57,180 nucleotides of DNA from Patescibacteria group bacterium (GCA_043817315.1 JBDRGY010000003.1:1-57180); one strand, 5' to 3'. Shown: positions 25,553 through 36,285, counted from the stretch's first letter. The notes: generated by a model not told the origin, from the sequence alone. A program made the numbers and translations.

Positions 25553-26224
25553 TTATTGACAGACATATAAACAAGGATCCAGCCAATTATCCAGTTCGGC
25601 TTGAGAACTGACATAACCGCGAATGTTTAAATCGGTTCCTTGGTGCAGGGCCAAATGCAAATGCTTGCGCTCTCCGTCAGTTTCGCTGCTTAGGTTGGCA
25701 CCCAGAACCCCGATAGTTTGTCCCTTGGTAATTTCTTCATCCAAAGCCCATTCAACGCTGGATAATCTCAAATGTCCGTAAGTGATAGTTATTGATTCAC
25801 CCTCCAACTGGCATTTTTGGATAACGACACCGCCATAACCATTAGATTGTTGTTTCAAAAGCAACTGACCGGTACAAATAGCGTGGACCGATACATCACT
25901 ATCTAGTTCTTCCGTGAAAATTTCGAAATCAGTTCCGGTGTGATAACCCTGAAATCTTTCCGGTTGAACTGGCGAAGTACCCGGAGTGATGTAATCACCG
26001 AATTCTTTTTTAGTGACCCTTTCTTTGGTTCGGATTAGGGGAGGCGAAAATTCACCAGTATCGTCAACTGTTATTGATTCGTTAACCGGCAAGGGAAGGT
26101 TAACTGAAAGATTGGCATTCGTTTCTATGGCCTGATTGATGTCCTCAACCGCAGTATCTTTAGTTAAAAAGAAAATGGCCACTGCGATAAGTAGAATAAT
26201 GGTTATCAATAGTACCTTTTTCAT
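25553..26224 (-). CDS. M23-family metallopeptidase
   Basis: HTGTDF and KHLHLALH motifs, with an N-terminal signal anchor. Confidence 0.8.
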   Translation of the reverse strand: MKKVLLITIILLIAVAIFFLTKDTAVEDINQAIETNANLSVNLPLPVNESITVDDTGEFSPPLIRTKERVTKKEFGDYITPGTSPVQPERFQGYHTGTDFEIFTEELDSDVSVHAICTGQLLLKQQSNGYGGVVIQKCQLEGESITITYGHLRLSSVEWALDEEITKGQTIGVLGANLSSETDGERKHLHLALHQGTDLNIRGYVSSQAELDNWLDPCLYVCQ

Positions 26225-26230
26225 GACATT

Positions 26231-26239
26231 AGTATACCA
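26231..26239 (-). promoter_or_regulatory. Extended -10 promoter (TGGTATACT) 6 nt from the ATG: leaderless arrangement
   Basis: Minus strand reads TGGTATACT-aatgtc-ATG. Confidence 0.5.
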
Positions 26240-26333
26240 TTAGACAACCAAAAAACCACACGATTTTATTATAAACCACCCCGAAAAATACTTGTCAAAA
26301 TATTGAACCATAGTACAATAAGGCTTACTGAAT

Positions 26334-27053
26334 ATGCATTATAATTCCACATTAATAATCGGGATAGTAGTCGTTTTGTATCTGACTACCTGGTTGTTGG
26401 TCAAATTTAAAAAATTACAGCTGGCCACCCATAGAAAGATCTGGAATGTTCTGATGGCGGCCTTTTTTTTGATTTCCGCCCTGCTTGGCTTATTAATGGC
26501 AATCAGTTTGGACAACAAACTATCGCTGTCTTGGTACCGGGAAGTTCTCTGGGTTCATGTAGAGCTGGGAATCGCCATGGCGGTTATAGCAATTTTTCAC
26601 TTTGCCTGGCACTTGCGCTATTTTGCAGCGGCTTTGGGAGGTATTTGGGGAAAAAACAACGAACCCAATAACAAAATAATCAGCCGGGGAAAAAAATTAT
26701 TGTGGCTAGGAATTCCGGTTTTAGCCTTAGTTACTTATTTGATAATCATGGCCCGTGGCGACTCAACTAATAACGATCAAAATGAAAGCAAAGATACTGT
26801 TATCCAATCCCAGGACGATCAAACAGCAGATAATGAAGCTGTGATTACTAATGCAGCAACTGATGATTATGATCAGCTTAAGGTGAGTTCCGCCTGTATC
26901 GGCTGCGGTCGCTGTGTTCTAACTGACCCGGAGCATTTTGCCTTTGATTATTCAGTGCGTCAGGCCGAAGTAATTTCGGAATCCAATCTTGATTCAGCTA
27001 AGTTAGACAGTGCTATTCGCAATTGTCCGGCTCGGGCCATTATTCGGACATAG
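26334..27053 (+). CDS. Membrane protein with a C-terminal ferredoxin-like domain
   Basis: Four TM helices with His residues, then CIGCGRC...CPARAI. Confidence 0.55.
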   Translation: MHYNSTLIIGIVVVLYLTTWLLVKFKKLQLATHRKIWNVLMAAFFLISALLGLLMAISLDNKLSLSWYREVLWVHVELGIAMAVIAIFHFAWHLRYFAAALGGIWGKNNEPNNKIISRGKKLLWLGIPVLALVTYLIIMARGDSTNNDQNESKDTVIQSQDDQTADNEAVITNAATDDYDQLKVSSACIGCGRCVLTDPEHFAFDYSVRQAEVISESNLDSAKLDSAIRNCPARAIIRT

Positions 27054-27086
27054 TTTTTTACCAATAAAAAAACACCCAATTTGGGC

Positions 27087-27115
27087 TTGACAAGGGATGT
27101 TATTCATGATAAAGT
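27087..27115 (+). promoter_or_regulatory. Promoter of the cold-shock gene (long 5' UTR)
   Basis: TTGACA-N17-TAAAGT, about 120 nt upstream of the start codon. Confidence 0.5.
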
Positions 27116-27236
27116 ATTGACGAACTGTTAATAACAACTAAAAACTGGTGTTAACGGTTCAAGGGTATAGTAAGCATAGAAATATAGTCGAATTTCGAGG
27201 TTACTATATGATAAAATTAATTTGATTATTATCTCT

Positions 27237-27434
27237 ATGCAAGGAGAAATCAAAAAATTGACTGACAAAAACTTTGGTTTCATCAGTGCTGAAGGACAGG
27301 ACAAAGACCTGTTTTTCCACGCTAATGAAGTTGAAGGTGTCCAGTTCAGCGAGTTGAACGAAGGGGACGCAGTCACTTTTGAAGTATCAGATACCCCAAA
27401 AGGGCCTGCTGCTACTAAAGTCAACAAAGCCTAA
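27237..27434 (+). CDS. Cold-shock domain protein
   Basis: GEIKKLTDKNFGFI...DLFFH..EV (RNP1/RNP2-like). Start taken at MQGEIKK. Confidence 0.85.
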   Translation: MQGEIKKLTDKNFGFISAEGQDKDLFFHANEVEGVQFSELNEGDAVTFEVSDTPKGPAATKVNKA

Positions 27435-27450
27435 AATAACTTAGGAAAAC

Positions 27451-27486
27451 AAAAAACGCCCGTTTAACGACGGGTGTTTTTTGTTT
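27451..27486 (+). terminator. Rho-independent terminator
   Basis: ACGCCCGT-ttaacg-ACGGGTGT followed by a T-run. Confidence 0.75.
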
Positions 27487-27588
27487 TATCTATATTAATA
27501 GCTACTTTTATTATACACCAATTTCTAGGTTGACAAAGTCGGTAGGGGTAGTAAGCTTGAATTGGATTTTAGCAAATAACCAAAAAAT

Positions 27589-28137
27589 ATGATAGAACGA
27601 GGACCAGGAGGACCAGATAGAAAAGATATAGAATTTTCAGCCGAGTCTACTGATCAAGAAAATGCAGAATCGGGCCAAGAGGACGAAATAAAAGTGGGGG
27701 ATATTGCCAGAGTCGATGGCACAGCGGCCACCTACCGGAACGGCCAAGGCACTGAATGTGAAGTGCTGGAGGTTACTGAGGATAGAGTCAAGGTGAGGCT
27801 AAGGGAGGGTAAATATGTCGGTGAAGATGGCTGGACTTTTATGAAGAGTGAAGTAAAATCAACCGGCAGAACAATAGCACAAATAAGGGAGCAAGATAGA
27901 GAAGAAATGAGATTGCGTGATGAAAAAACAAGAAAGTCTCACGAGGGAGCCAAAGTCGGTGATACGGTGATTGGCCGGGGAACGTCTATTACTAGAGATG
28001 GTACTCGAGCTGAAATATTAAGCATTGATCCTGATGATGATATGAGGGTAGTGGTAAGGATTACAGAGGGTAAGCGAACGGGTTTTGAGATTGAGCTCTA
28101 TGGTTCTGAGTGGAAATTAGATGAAGAACAACAATAA
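27589..28137 (+). CDS. Hypothetical protein with two similar halves
   Basis: The G..A.V......T.....G.E.EVL....D.RV.VR..EGK pattern occurs twice. No family recognised. Confidence 0.45.
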   Translation: MIERGPGGPDRKDIEFSAESTDQENAESGQEDEIKVGDIARVDGTAATYRNGQGTECEVLEVTEDRVKVRLREGKYVGEDGWTFMKSEVKSTGRTIAQIREQDREEMRLRDEKTRKSHEGAKVGDTVIGRGTSITRDGTRAEILSIDPDDDMRVVVRITEGKRTGFEIELYGSEWKLDEEQQ

Positions 28138-28212
28138 ATACATAAAAATACCTCCTTTGATTTTTTGTGATGTAGGGAGTAGGATAGAAATATGATTACT
28201 AAATAAATACTT

Positions 28213-28365
28213 ATGCCAAAGTGTCCACATTGCAAGGGAGAAGTTAACTTCGAAAACGTTAAACGAGAAGTAAAAGGCAAGGGTGTTGTAAAAGAGGAAA
28301 TCCTTTACTATTGCCCACACTGTGAAAAAATATTGGGTTTCAGTCGGGGTAAATATATTGGGTAA
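28213..28365 (+). CDS. Small zinc-ribbon protein (50 aa)
   Basis: Not in the track. MPKCPHCKGEVNFENVKREVKGKGVVKEEILYYCPHCEKILGFSRGKYIG, with two CPHC pairs. Confidence 0.45.
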   Translation: MPKCPHCKGEVNFENVKREVKGKGVVKEEILYYCPHCEKILGFSRGKYIG

Positions 28366-28392
28366 ATAAGTTAGATTACTAATTTTAAGACT

Positions 28393-28689
28393 ATGCCCAA
28401 GACAAAATTAGGAAAATGGTCTGTCAGTCTCTGCGGAGCTTTTATCGTTTTTCTGGCTCTGTTTTATGTCCTAGTGGCAACAGGTCAGAGAGGTGGTGAT
28501 ACTTTCTTTAGCAACTGGGCCCTGACTATTCCCATCCTGTTGGCAGCAATTGGTGGTATTGGTGGATTCGTAATTGGCCTGATGGCCATTTTTAAGCAAC
28601 GGGAACGTAGTTGGCTTGTCTACCTGGCTGTGGTTATCGGGGCTCTGGTAACCTTTTTCACCGCTGCCGAGTTACTTTTTCCGCATTAG
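28393..28689 (+). CDS. Small membrane protein (3 TM)
   Basis: Hydrophobic ORF followed by a terminator. Confidence 0.5.
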   Translation: MPKTKLGKWSVSLCGAFIVFLALFYVLVATGQRGGDTFFSNWALTIPILLAAIGGIGGFVIGLMAIFKQRERSWLVYLAVVIGALVTFFTAAELLFPH

Positions 28690-28695
28690 ATGAAA

Positions 28696-28729
28696 TAAAA
28701 AACATCTCTGGTTCAAGAGATGTTTTTTT
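28696..28729 (+). terminator. Rho-independent terminator (ACATCTC/GAGATGT family)
   Basis: AACATCTCT-ggttca-AGAGATGTT followed by TTTTT. Confidence 0.8.
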
Positions 28730-28762
28730 GATTAATGGCTAGGTAAAGGGTAAAATTAAGCT

Positions 28763-30205
28763 ATGAAAAAAACAATCATCATTACCATTATTATCCTCAT
28801 CATCCTGGGCGGTGGGTACCTGACTTACAGTCAGCTAATAAAGGATGACCCAACCGAAAACACCAAAACCACCGATGTAGCTAAAAACACAAATTCTAAA
28901 CCAAAGCTGGTAATTACCTGGGATCCAGCTAATGAGCTAACCCACTTGAGCCAAGTTGATGTATCTACCGAGCAGGCCTATTTCTTCCGGGGCGGGTGGT
29001 TTTGGTGGAATGCCGTAGAAGAGAAGGAAGGGACCTACAACTGGGATTCTTTTGATGAGCAGATAACCAGGTTCCAGGACTCAGGCGCTATGGTCTTGCC
29101 GGTTATTTTTCCCTACACCAACTGGGATCAGGAGGCCTGCCATCCGGAGGAAAAATATATAGCGGTCTTTGATCCAAAAAAAGGCGGCAAGGTAAAAGTG
29201 GGCGCACCTTGCGATCTGACGGCCTACGCCGATTTCCTGGCGGCCACGGTAGAGCGCTATGACGGTGACGGGGTGGACGACATGCCCGGGCTGGTCATTC
29301 CTATCAAGTACTGGGAAATTATGAATGAACCGGTGATGCAAGGGGGCGGCACCGGCGGGATGGGCGAAGAACTCAAATTTTTTGTGGGGACATCAGCTGA
29401 GTATCTGGAAATTTTGCAGACTTCCTACCAAACCATCAAACAAGCCGATCCCGAGGCCCAGGTGCTGCACGCCGGCATGGCCAGTTTAGCTGCTGAACAT
29501 ACGGATTTTTGGGATCCGATTTTCCAGGCCGGAGCCGGTGACTATTTCGACATCGCTAATATTCATACCATCAGTACCGATAGCCGACGGGAAGATCTAT
29601 ATATGGTAAAAGCTAAAGAATATTTTAAGAAGTATGGCTTGGAGGAAAAACCGATTTGGATAACCGAGGTGCAATTTGGAGAATTAGCCGATCGGCCAGC
29701 GGATATTGAGGAATTTGATCAGTTGGTGGCCCGAGCTTCGGTGTTGGCTTTAGCCCAGGGGGCGGAGAGGCTCTTCTACATAGAGAACTGGCTGTTCTGG
29801 AATGATATCCGGGAAGAGTTGGATAAAGATAAAGAATCCTCCCAAGGCGGATCCGCCTCTGGCGGAGAAGATAAGAAAAAGGAGGAGTTCAAGGAAATAG
29901 CTGACGACAATACTACCCACCAGGTTTATTTGAACCTGGTCGATAAAATCAACAGTTTTGATTCAGTAACAATTATCAATCAAGAACTTGAAGAAAACTT
30001 TAATGATCATGATGGGGTAACTTCGCTAGTCGGCCAGTATGCCTTTGATACCGGCAATGATACGATTTACGTTCTCTGGGGCCAGGCCGACCTGCCCGCG
30101 GCTATTTCCGGAACGATAAAGGTAACCGATATTTACGGCCAAGCCCAAACCATGGAAGCAGATCAATTGGTCTTAACCGATAGTCCGGTGTTTGTGGAGT
30201 TATGA
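28763..30205 (+). CDS. Secreted or anchored clan GH-A-type glycoside hydrolase
   Basis: N-terminal TM and T/N-rich linker. WEIMNEP (acid/base) and IWITEVQ (nucleophile) motifs of (beta/alpha)8 glycosidases. Confidence 0.55.
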   Translation: MKKTIIITIIILIILGGGYLTYSQLIKDDPTENTKTTDVAKNTNSKPKLVITWDPANELTHLSQVDVSTEQAYFFRGGWFWWNAVEEKEGTYNWDSFDEQITRFQDSGAMVLPVIFPYTNWDQEACHPEEKYIAVFDPKKGGKVKVGAPCDLTAYADFLAATVERYDGDGVDDMPGLVIPIKYWEIMNEPVMQGGGTGGMGEELKFFVGTSAEYLEILQTSYQTIKQADPEAQVLHAGMASLAAEHTDFWDPIFQAGAGDYFDIANIHTISTDSRREDLYMVKAKEYFKKYGLEEKPIWITEVQFGELADRPADIEEFDQLVARASVLALAQGAERLFYIENWLFWNDIREELDKDKESSQGGSASGGEDKKKEEFKEIADDNTTHQVYLNLVDKINSFDSVTIINQELEENFNDHDGVTSLVGQYAFDTGNDTIYVLWGQADLPAAISGTIKVTDIYGQAQTMEADQLVLTDSPVFVEL

Positions 30206-30271
30206 CCCTTTTGCTACACAACCGTAATATGATAGATTTTATCCATAAGTAATAATAATCAAGACTAAATT

Positions 30272-30676
30272 ATGGAAGAACAAACTCAACAACAACCCAA
30301 AAGAATTTATCAGAGATTTGGATTACTTTACTGGTTGTTTGGACTGATTTATTTTTTAATATTACCGATATTATTTACTGTTTTGGACTCTTCTCCTGAT
30401 AGATGGCATTGTCCATCAGGAATAACAAAAGTGACTGTATTTTTGTTTACTCCACCCGTATCATTCATAGTACTCATTGTGATGTTAATCATTGCACTGA
30501 TAGTAATTGTCCTGAGAAATTTTTCAAAATATAAAAATCACCCCAGCATAATTCTACTTTACAAAAAAATAAATATAATCACCATTTTAGTTATGGTAGT
30601 TTTATTTATTTTTGCTTTATTTATTGCCCAACCCCTGGAGTTTGTTCCTGGAGAAGGATGGATCTCTCCGTGCTGA
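30272..30676 (+). CDS. Membrane protein (4 TM)
   Basis: Hydrophobic ORF. Confidence 0.45.
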   Translation: MEEQTQQQPKRIYQRFGLLYWLFGLIYFLILPILFTVLDSSPDRWHCPSGITKVTVFLFTPPVSFIVLIVMLIIALIVIVLRNFSKYKNHPSIILLYKKINIITILVMVVLFIFALFIAQPLEFVPGEGWISPC

Positions 30677-30735
30677 CAAAACTAGTTTTTCTTGACCAAA
30701 AACACCTTCTTTTTCGGAGATGTTTTTAATTCTTT

Positions 30736-31395
30736 TTATTTAGTACCAATAACCGACCATTGTCCGTGTTTATTCTTGGTCATTTTCAGCTTAGCAAATT
30801 GGTCAAACATTTTTGTTAACTCAGCTTTACCATAGAAACTATGAGGAGTACCGATTTCCGGGCCGACCAAAGGGACTACCGTGTTTTTGTTTAACCGCCT
30901 GTATTTTTTACAGGTCCGCCAGATCTTTAAGGCCCCTTGATCGGGAATGGAGATAAAAGTCTGGCCGTCGGGTAATAGAGCTTGGTGAATGTTGTTTATT
31001 AATTTCTGCAAATCCTTCTTGGGACCATGTTGGACTGTAGAAATAGAAATAATTAAATCGTATTTGTTTTTAGGTATGGTCATCTTAAACATATCAGCCC
31101 GCCAAATCCGGCCGGCTTCTTTGCCCAAAGCTTTTTTTGTCATCTTTACTGCAGTTTGGCTGGAGTCAACTCCGTCGGTTTGAAAGCCCAAAGAAGACAG
31201 ATAAACCAAGTAGCGCCCCTGGCCGCAACCAATATCCAGAACGTACTTTTTAGTAAGTTTAGTCTGCTTAATAAATTTTCTAAATTCGGGACTAACCTTT
31301 TCAATAAAACAAAAAGGAGTAACTCCGTCTCTAAGAGTTTTCCAAGTCTGGCCGCCTTTGTTTTTGGCTTGATAAATTTTATCCCAAGTGGTCAT
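30736..31395 (-). CDS. Class I SAM-dependent methyltransferase
   Basis: VLDIGCGQGRY motif I. Confidence 0.75.
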   Translation of the reverse strand: MTTWDKIYQAKNKGGQTWKTLRDGVTPFCFIEKVSPEFRKFIKQTKLTKKYVLDIGCGQGRYLVYLSSLGFQTDGVDSSQTAVKMTKKALGKEAGRIWRADMFKMTIPKNKYDLIISISTVQHGPKKDLQKLINNIHQALLPDGQTFISIPDQGALKIWRTCKKYRRLNKNTVVPLVGPEIGTPHSFYGKAELTKMFDQFAKLKMTKNKHGQWSVIGTK

Positions 31396-31396
31396 A

Positions 31397-31789
31397 TTAA
31401 TATTCTAAACACAAAGACTCTTGATTTACCGTTCCATTTAATACCTGCTTAACGCAATCTCTAACCAATTCTTCCGGATAGCAACTGCCAGTTAAGTTAG
31501 ACACTTCATTGCCCGCATCAATTGTCGTCTGCTGGTCAGCTGTTAGCTCGGGCGGGAAGCAAACCCCGGATTGGCATTGGCCGCCGTCAACACAGGCTTC
31601 CCCAGCTGGTCGGCTGGACAAAATACAGGTTTCTGCCTCGGCTTGCCATTCCCCCCAAGATTGCTCACAGGCCTCTTTACTTCTTTCCGGGTGATGCACA
31701 TCCAGTTGGGAATACCAAAAACCCAGGCCGATGCCGCCTATGCATATTACGGCAATAATTATTATGGGATTGCGTAGATTCTTATTCAT
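31397..31789 (-). CDS. Secreted Cys-rich protein
   Basis: Signal anchor and 8 Cys residues. Confidence 0.45.
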   Translation of the reverse strand: MNKNLRNPIIIIAVICIGGIGLGFWYSQLDVHHPERSKEACEQSWGEWQAEAETCILSSRPAGEACVDGGQCQSGVCFPPELTADQQTTIDAGNEVSNLTGSCYPEELVRDCVKQVLNGTVNQESLCLEY

Positions 31790-31795
31790 GATTTT

Positions 31796-32461
31796 TTAAT
31801 AAGGTTCGTCTAATTCACCTGTATTGGAATAACCCCGGCTTTCCCAATAACCTTCATAGTTCTCATCAGCCGAAAACTCGATCTGGTCAATCCACTTGAT
31901 CCATTTATAACCCCACTTGGTTTCAGCTATCAGCTGAAAAGGCCAGCCGCGTTCCGCCGGCAAGGTCACCTCATTCATTTTATAGGCCAGCAGGATATCG
32001 TTATCATAAAAATATTCTAAAGGAAAAGAAGTGGTATAACCATCCACCGCGTGCAAGATAACCACTTTAGTTTCCGTTTTGGGTTGCGCTTGATCTAATA
32101 GATCGCGCAGCAGAATACCTTCCCATAAAATTTTTGCCTCCCATCCTTCCACACAATAAAGAGTAACTACTTTTTTATAACTGGTATAGTCATTAATTAC
32201 TTGGTTATAAGTTAAAGATAGTGGCTGTTCAGCTAAGCCGGTGATACTTAGGCGGTAAGTTTCCTGATCTACCTGTTGCGGTCCTTTGATGGAGTTTTCC
32301 CGAAAGTCGTTGACGGAGGATAAATTTTCTCCTTCGTATTCCCTAACTTCAACAGTATCCAAGACAAGCTCGTTTTCCTGAGAAAATGTGAAATAATAAA
32401 TAGCACTAAGCACAAGGGCTATTGCTATAAAAGCGAGGATGATATTTCTTTTTTCTTTCAT
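31796..32461 (-). CDS. Molybdopterin-dependent oxidoreductase-like protein (sulfite oxidase fold)
   Basis: LYCVEGWEAKILWEGILLRDLL and WGYKWIKW motifs. Confidence 0.65.
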   Translation of the reverse strand: MKEKRNIILAFIAIALVLSAIYYFTFSQENELVLDTVEVREYEGENLSSVNDFRENSIKGPQQVDQETYRLSITGLAEQPLSLTYNQVINDYTSYKKVVTLYCVEGWEAKILWEGILLRDLLDQAQPKTETKVVILHAVDGYTTSFPLEYFYDNDILLAYKMNEVTLPAERGWPFQLIAETKWGYKWIKWIDQIEFSADENYEGYWESRGYSNTGELDEPY

Positions 32462-32529
32462 ATAGTTAGTATACTCTCTTTCTATAATATCAAAAGCACC
32501 CCGTATGCTCGCACTTTCCCGGGGTGGTT

Positions 32530-33258
32530 TTATTTAATGCCAGCTAACAGCAAGCTTTCTAGAGGAATGCCCTGATACTGCTGCTTGCTGATTGCTTTAT
32601 TTTCATTTAGTATTTTAACCTGAAAACCGGCTTGTTTAGCGATATTGATGTAGTCATCTCTAAGTAAAGCTCCGCCGACGCAGCCGGCCAGTAGTTCCTG
32701 ATCCTTCTTTTGTTCCTCACTTAGCTCTTCTAATAGCACAATATCAGACACAAAAATCTGGCCACCTGGTTTTAAGACTCGGAAAGCCTCCTGAAAAACT
32801 TTAGCTTTATCCGGGGCCAGGTTGATGACGCAATTGGAGATGATAATATCAGCTGAATTATCAGGTAGCGGCAAAGTATCGATGTCAGCCAGGATGAATT
32901 CAACATTATGGATATTATCTTTGGCAGCATTAGCTTTGGCCTTAGTCACCATTTCTTCCGTAAAATCAATGCCGATCACCTTTCCTTTATCTCCAACTTT
33001 TTTAGCAGCCAGAAAGCAATCAATACCGGCTCCGCTGCCCAGGTCAATAACCGTATTGCCTTCTTTTATACTGCTAAAAGCCACAGGATTACCACAACCT
33101 AGGCCCAGATCCGCTTCACCTACTTGCTGCAGTTGTTCCTCGCTATAGCCGATATTCTGAAAAATATTATCAGAGCAGGAACAAGAGCAGCCGCAGCCTT
33201 TACTTTGCTGCTTAGCGATCTGGGAATATTTATCTTTGACGATTTTTTTGGTGTCCAT
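32530..33258 (-). CDS. arsM: Arsenite S-adenosylmethyltransferase
   Basis: N-terminal Cys cluster GCGCSCSCS, LGLGCGNP, VIDLGSGAGIDCF. Confidence 0.8.
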   Translation of the reverse strand: MDTKKIVKDKYSQIAKQQSKGCGCSCSCSDNIFQNIGYSEEQLQQVGEADLGLGCGNPVAFSSIKEGNTVIDLGSGAGIDCFLAAKKVGDKGKVIGIDFTEEMVTKAKANAAKDNIHNVEFILADIDTLPLPDNSADIIISNCVINLAPDKAKVFQEAFRVLKPGGQIFVSDIVLLEELSEEQKKDQELLAGCVGGALLRDDYINIAKQAGFQVKILNENKAISKQQYQGIPLESLLLAGIK

Positions 33259-33321
33259 ATTGTTATTATTATAGCATATATAAAAACACCTCCCTTAGTT
33301 GGGAGATGTTTTTTGATCTGT

Positions 33322-33930
33322 TTAATCGTCGCCGTCCAAAAAACTATCAGACTGGAAGCTGGCCAGCATCTCGTCGAAATTATCGGCAACAGTTTCTCTA
33401 TCCTCGTTATTGGCAAATACACAATAAAAACCCAATCCGGTGGCTTCACCCAAAGCATAAACTGCCTCATTTATTTTGTTATCGCTTTCGGTAACAATTC
33501 TGACAGCGATATTATCAGCCAGCGTGGTGGTTGTTCGTTCCACCAGCGTTTCACTTTCTAAAATGAAATCAACGTATTCATCCAAAGTTTGGGCTAGGGC
33601 GTTGTTGAAACCGTAAGCCATACAGGTAATATCTTCTTCTGGTGATATAAATGTCCGACCGTCGTTATTGGTGGGCGGATCAGCTAAAGTCCAGCTTGCC
33701 GGATAGTTAAGGCTAAAACCGTAACGACTATTTTCATAAATGGACCATTGGGTTTCCTCAACCCCTTTATTAACTGTTGTGTTTTTTATTGCTGTTGTGT
33801 TGGTGTTGGTTACGTTGGTTTCTTCTCTGAGCTGATAGTTAAGGTCTATATACCCCCAGACAACAACTCCGATAATAACCACGGCGATGATAATTATTAT
33901 TACCAGTTGTTTTGTTCCTTGTTGGTTCAT
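33322..33930 (-). CDS. Membrane-anchored protein with an N/T-rich linker
   Basis: TM helix, then TNVTNTNTT linker, then a globular domain. Confidence 0.5.
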   Translation of the reverse strand: MNQQGTKQLVIIIIIAVVIIGVVVWGYIDLNYQLREETNVTNTNTTAIKNTTVNKGVEETQWSIYENSRYGFSLNYPASWTLADPPTNNDGRTFISPEEDITCMAYGFNNALAQTLDEYVDFILESETLVERTTTTLADNIAVRIVTESDNKINEAVYALGEATGLGFYCVFANNEDRETVADNFDEMLASFQSDSFLDGDD

Positions 33931-34012
33931 GGGGCTATGGTTAATGAATAGTATTTAAAGTATAGCAAAAAACCATCCTGGTGTTGAGGATGGTTTTTTT
34001 ATCTAGTATTGA

Positions 34013-35323
34013 TTATTCGTAGCGTAAGGCCTTAATCGGATCCAGCTTGGAAGCACGAATAGCGGGGGCGACTCCAAACACTATGCCGACCAGCGCGGTA
34101 AAACTGTAAGCCAGCAGAACAGTTTGCAAATTAATAGTGGGAGCAAAACCGAATTGAACGTCCATAATGGTAGCACCGGCAAAAGCCAGAGCTACTCCGA
34201 TAGTCCCGCCCAAAAAGGTTAAGAAAATCGCTTCTACTAAAAATTGAATCAAAACATCATTATCCGAAGCACCGATAGCTTTACGCAAACCGATTTCGTA
34301 GGTTCGTTCGGTAACAGAAACCAGCATGATGTTCATCACTCCAATGCCGCCGACTAGCAGAGAGATTGCGGCAATGCCGCCCAACATAGTAGTTAAGACG
34401 GATAGGATCTGATCAAGCATGCTCAAAATTTCCTCTTGAGTAGTGATGGAAAAATCTTCAACCCCTTCTCTTGCTTCCAGTAAAGCCAGGCGGATATCCT
34501 CTTTGATCGTATCAATAGCTTCAGCATCGGTCACAGAAACTACCATTTGGGAAATAGCAGTTGAATCAGCCAGGGCGAAAGCGGTACTCATGGGAATGAT
34601 GACTACGTTGGACATACTGCTTTGGCCGGCAAAGAGATCACCTGATTCGTCCGGTGTCTGGGCTCCGATTATGGCAAACGGTTCCTTGCCGATATAGATG
34701 GTACGGCCAAGAGCATCCTCGGCAGAAGTGTCAGGAAATAATTGATCCAAAGCTCCCGAGAGAACAGTGGCTACTCTAGCTTCGTTGTCATATTCTTCCT
34801 GAGTAAATCTCCGGCCCAAAATTGGTTGATCAAAAAATAAATCAGATCCTTCAGATATAAATTTCATATCTGTGGTACTGCCAGCGGCCAGTACTTGCTG
34901 GTGCATCTGGCCCATTAAGCCGGAGTCTCCTGTCGAATCGTCTGATAATAAAGCTAGCTGATCCGGGCTAAGTTCTGAGGGGGCAATCGGGGCTGTGTCA
35001 GCCACGGGGAGAGGCACTATAGCCATGGGCACAACGTAATCCAAACCAGCTACTCCCTTTACCGTTTCCAGGTCTTCCGGAGAGAAAGAACCGCTATTGG
35101 CAGTCGGCGGACCACCCAAAGATCCGGGCATGACCATCAGCATATTGGAGCCGAAACCTTCAATTTGGCCGGTAACTTCATCCTTAACTCCTTCGCCGAT
35201 GCCGATCAACAGAACAATGGAAAAAACGCCGATAATAATTCCTAGCATAGTTAAGAAGGAACGTATCTTTTTTCCCATGATGGCTTTGATTGCCAACCTA
35301 ACGTTTCCCAAAAATTTATACAT
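34013..35323 (-). CDS. ABC transporter permease (MacB/FtsX type)
   Basis: N-terminal TM, large periplasmic domain, and a C-terminal FtsX 3-TM bundle ending LDPIKALRYE. Confidence 0.85.
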   Translation of the reverse strand: MYKFLGNVRLAIKAIMGKKIRSFLTMLGIIIGVFSIVLLIGIGEGVKDEVTGQIEGFGSNMLMVMPGSLGGPPTANSGSFSPEDLETVKGVAGLDYVVPMAIVPLPVADTAPIAPSELSPDQLALLSDDSTGDSGLMGQMHQQVLAAGSTTDMKFISEGSDLFFDQPILGRRFTQEEYDNEARVATVLSGALDQLFPDTSAEDALGRTIYIGKEPFAIIGAQTPDESGDLFAGQSSMSNVVIIPMSTAFALADSTAISQMVVSVTDAEAIDTIKEDIRLALLEAREGVEDFSITTQEEILSMLDQILSVLTTMLGGIAAISLLVGGIGVMNIMLVSVTERTYEIGLRKAIGASDNDVLIQFLVEAIFLTFLGGTIGVALAFAGATIMDVQFGFAPTINLQTVLLAYSFTALVGIVFGVAPAIRASKLDPIKALRYE

Positions 35324-35328
35324 ATGAT

Positions 35329-36000
35329 TTATTGTTCAATTTTCCCATCTTGTATCTTGATGATCCGCTTAGCTTGTGCTGCAATTTTCGGATCGTGAGT
35401 GACAGTAATAATTGTCGTACCCTGTTGATTGAGATTATTTAATATTTCCATGACCTGCTCACCGCTTTTAGAATCTAAATTACCGGTTGGTTCATCAGCC
35501 AATATTATAGCCGGATCGTTAACTAGGGCCCGGGCAATGGCTACTCGCTGTTTTTCTCCACCGGAAAGCATATTGGGCATGTGCCGCTGCCTTTTTTCTA
35601 AACCGACTTTGGTCATAACTTCTCTGGCTTTTTGCCGCATCTCTTTAGGTCTCACCCCCTTATAAAAAAGAGGCATTTCCACGTTGGTAACAGCTTGTAC
35701 TCTGGGCAGTAAATTAAAATTCTGAAAGACAAAACCGATCTTATTGCGTCTGATTTTGACCAGATCCTTTTTGTCTAATTTGGCAATCTCTTCTCCATCA
35801 AATTTATAGACGCCGGAGGTAGGTTTATCCAGGCAACCGATAATGTTCATCAGGGTTGATTTGCCGGAACCGGAAACTCCCATGATTGCTACCATCTCCC
35901 CCTTGTCTATATTCAAAGAAACGCCATCCAGGGCAGCAAACTCATTGGCCTTTTCTTCAAAATAGATCTTTTTAATATTTTCTAGCTCTAAAAGTGACAT
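35329..36000 (-). CDS. ABC transporter ATP-binding protein (MacB/LolD type)
   Basis: Walker [10 protein letters not shown], signature LSGGEKQR, Walker B ILADEPT. Confidence 0.9.
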   Translation of the reverse strand: MSLLELENIKKIYFEEKANEFAALDGVSLNIDKGEMVAIMGVSGSGKSTLMNIIGCLDKPTSGVYKFDGEEIAKLDKKDLVKIRRNKIGFVFQNFNLLPRVQAVTNVEMPLFYKGVRPKEMRQKAREVMTKVGLEKRQRHMPNMLSGGEKQRVAIARALVNDPAIILADEPTGNLDSKSGEQVMEILNNLNQQGTTIITVTHDPKIAAQAKRIIKIQDGKIEQ

Positions 36001-36024
36001 TGATTGATAATTGGTTATTACTGA

Positions 36025-36285
36025 TTATTTCTTTGGTTTTGCCAACTTCTTTATTTTATTTACTGCTTTTTGGCCTTCTTTTTTGAACTGTTCGAACATA
36101 GAGATCATCCAGGCGGCTTCCGACTCAGGTATCATGCTAATAATCTGGGGGATTCTAGAAAATACTATCAAGGAATCTCCGGTATTAATGCCCAATTTCT
36201 TCCGTAAACTTACCGGAATAACCACTTGACCCTGGGACCCCACTTTCACTGATCCATGAATTTCAGGAGGGGTAGGTTGTTCCAT
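36025..36285 (-). CDS. AbrB/SpoVT-type DNA-binding protein
   Basis: GQVVIPVSLRKKLGINTGDSLIV swapped-hairpin motif. Confidence 0.6.
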   Translation of the reverse strand: MEQPTPPEIHGSVKVGSQGQVVIPVSLRKKLGINTGDSLIVFSRIPQIISMIPESEAAWMISMFEQFKKEGQKAVNKIKKLAKPKK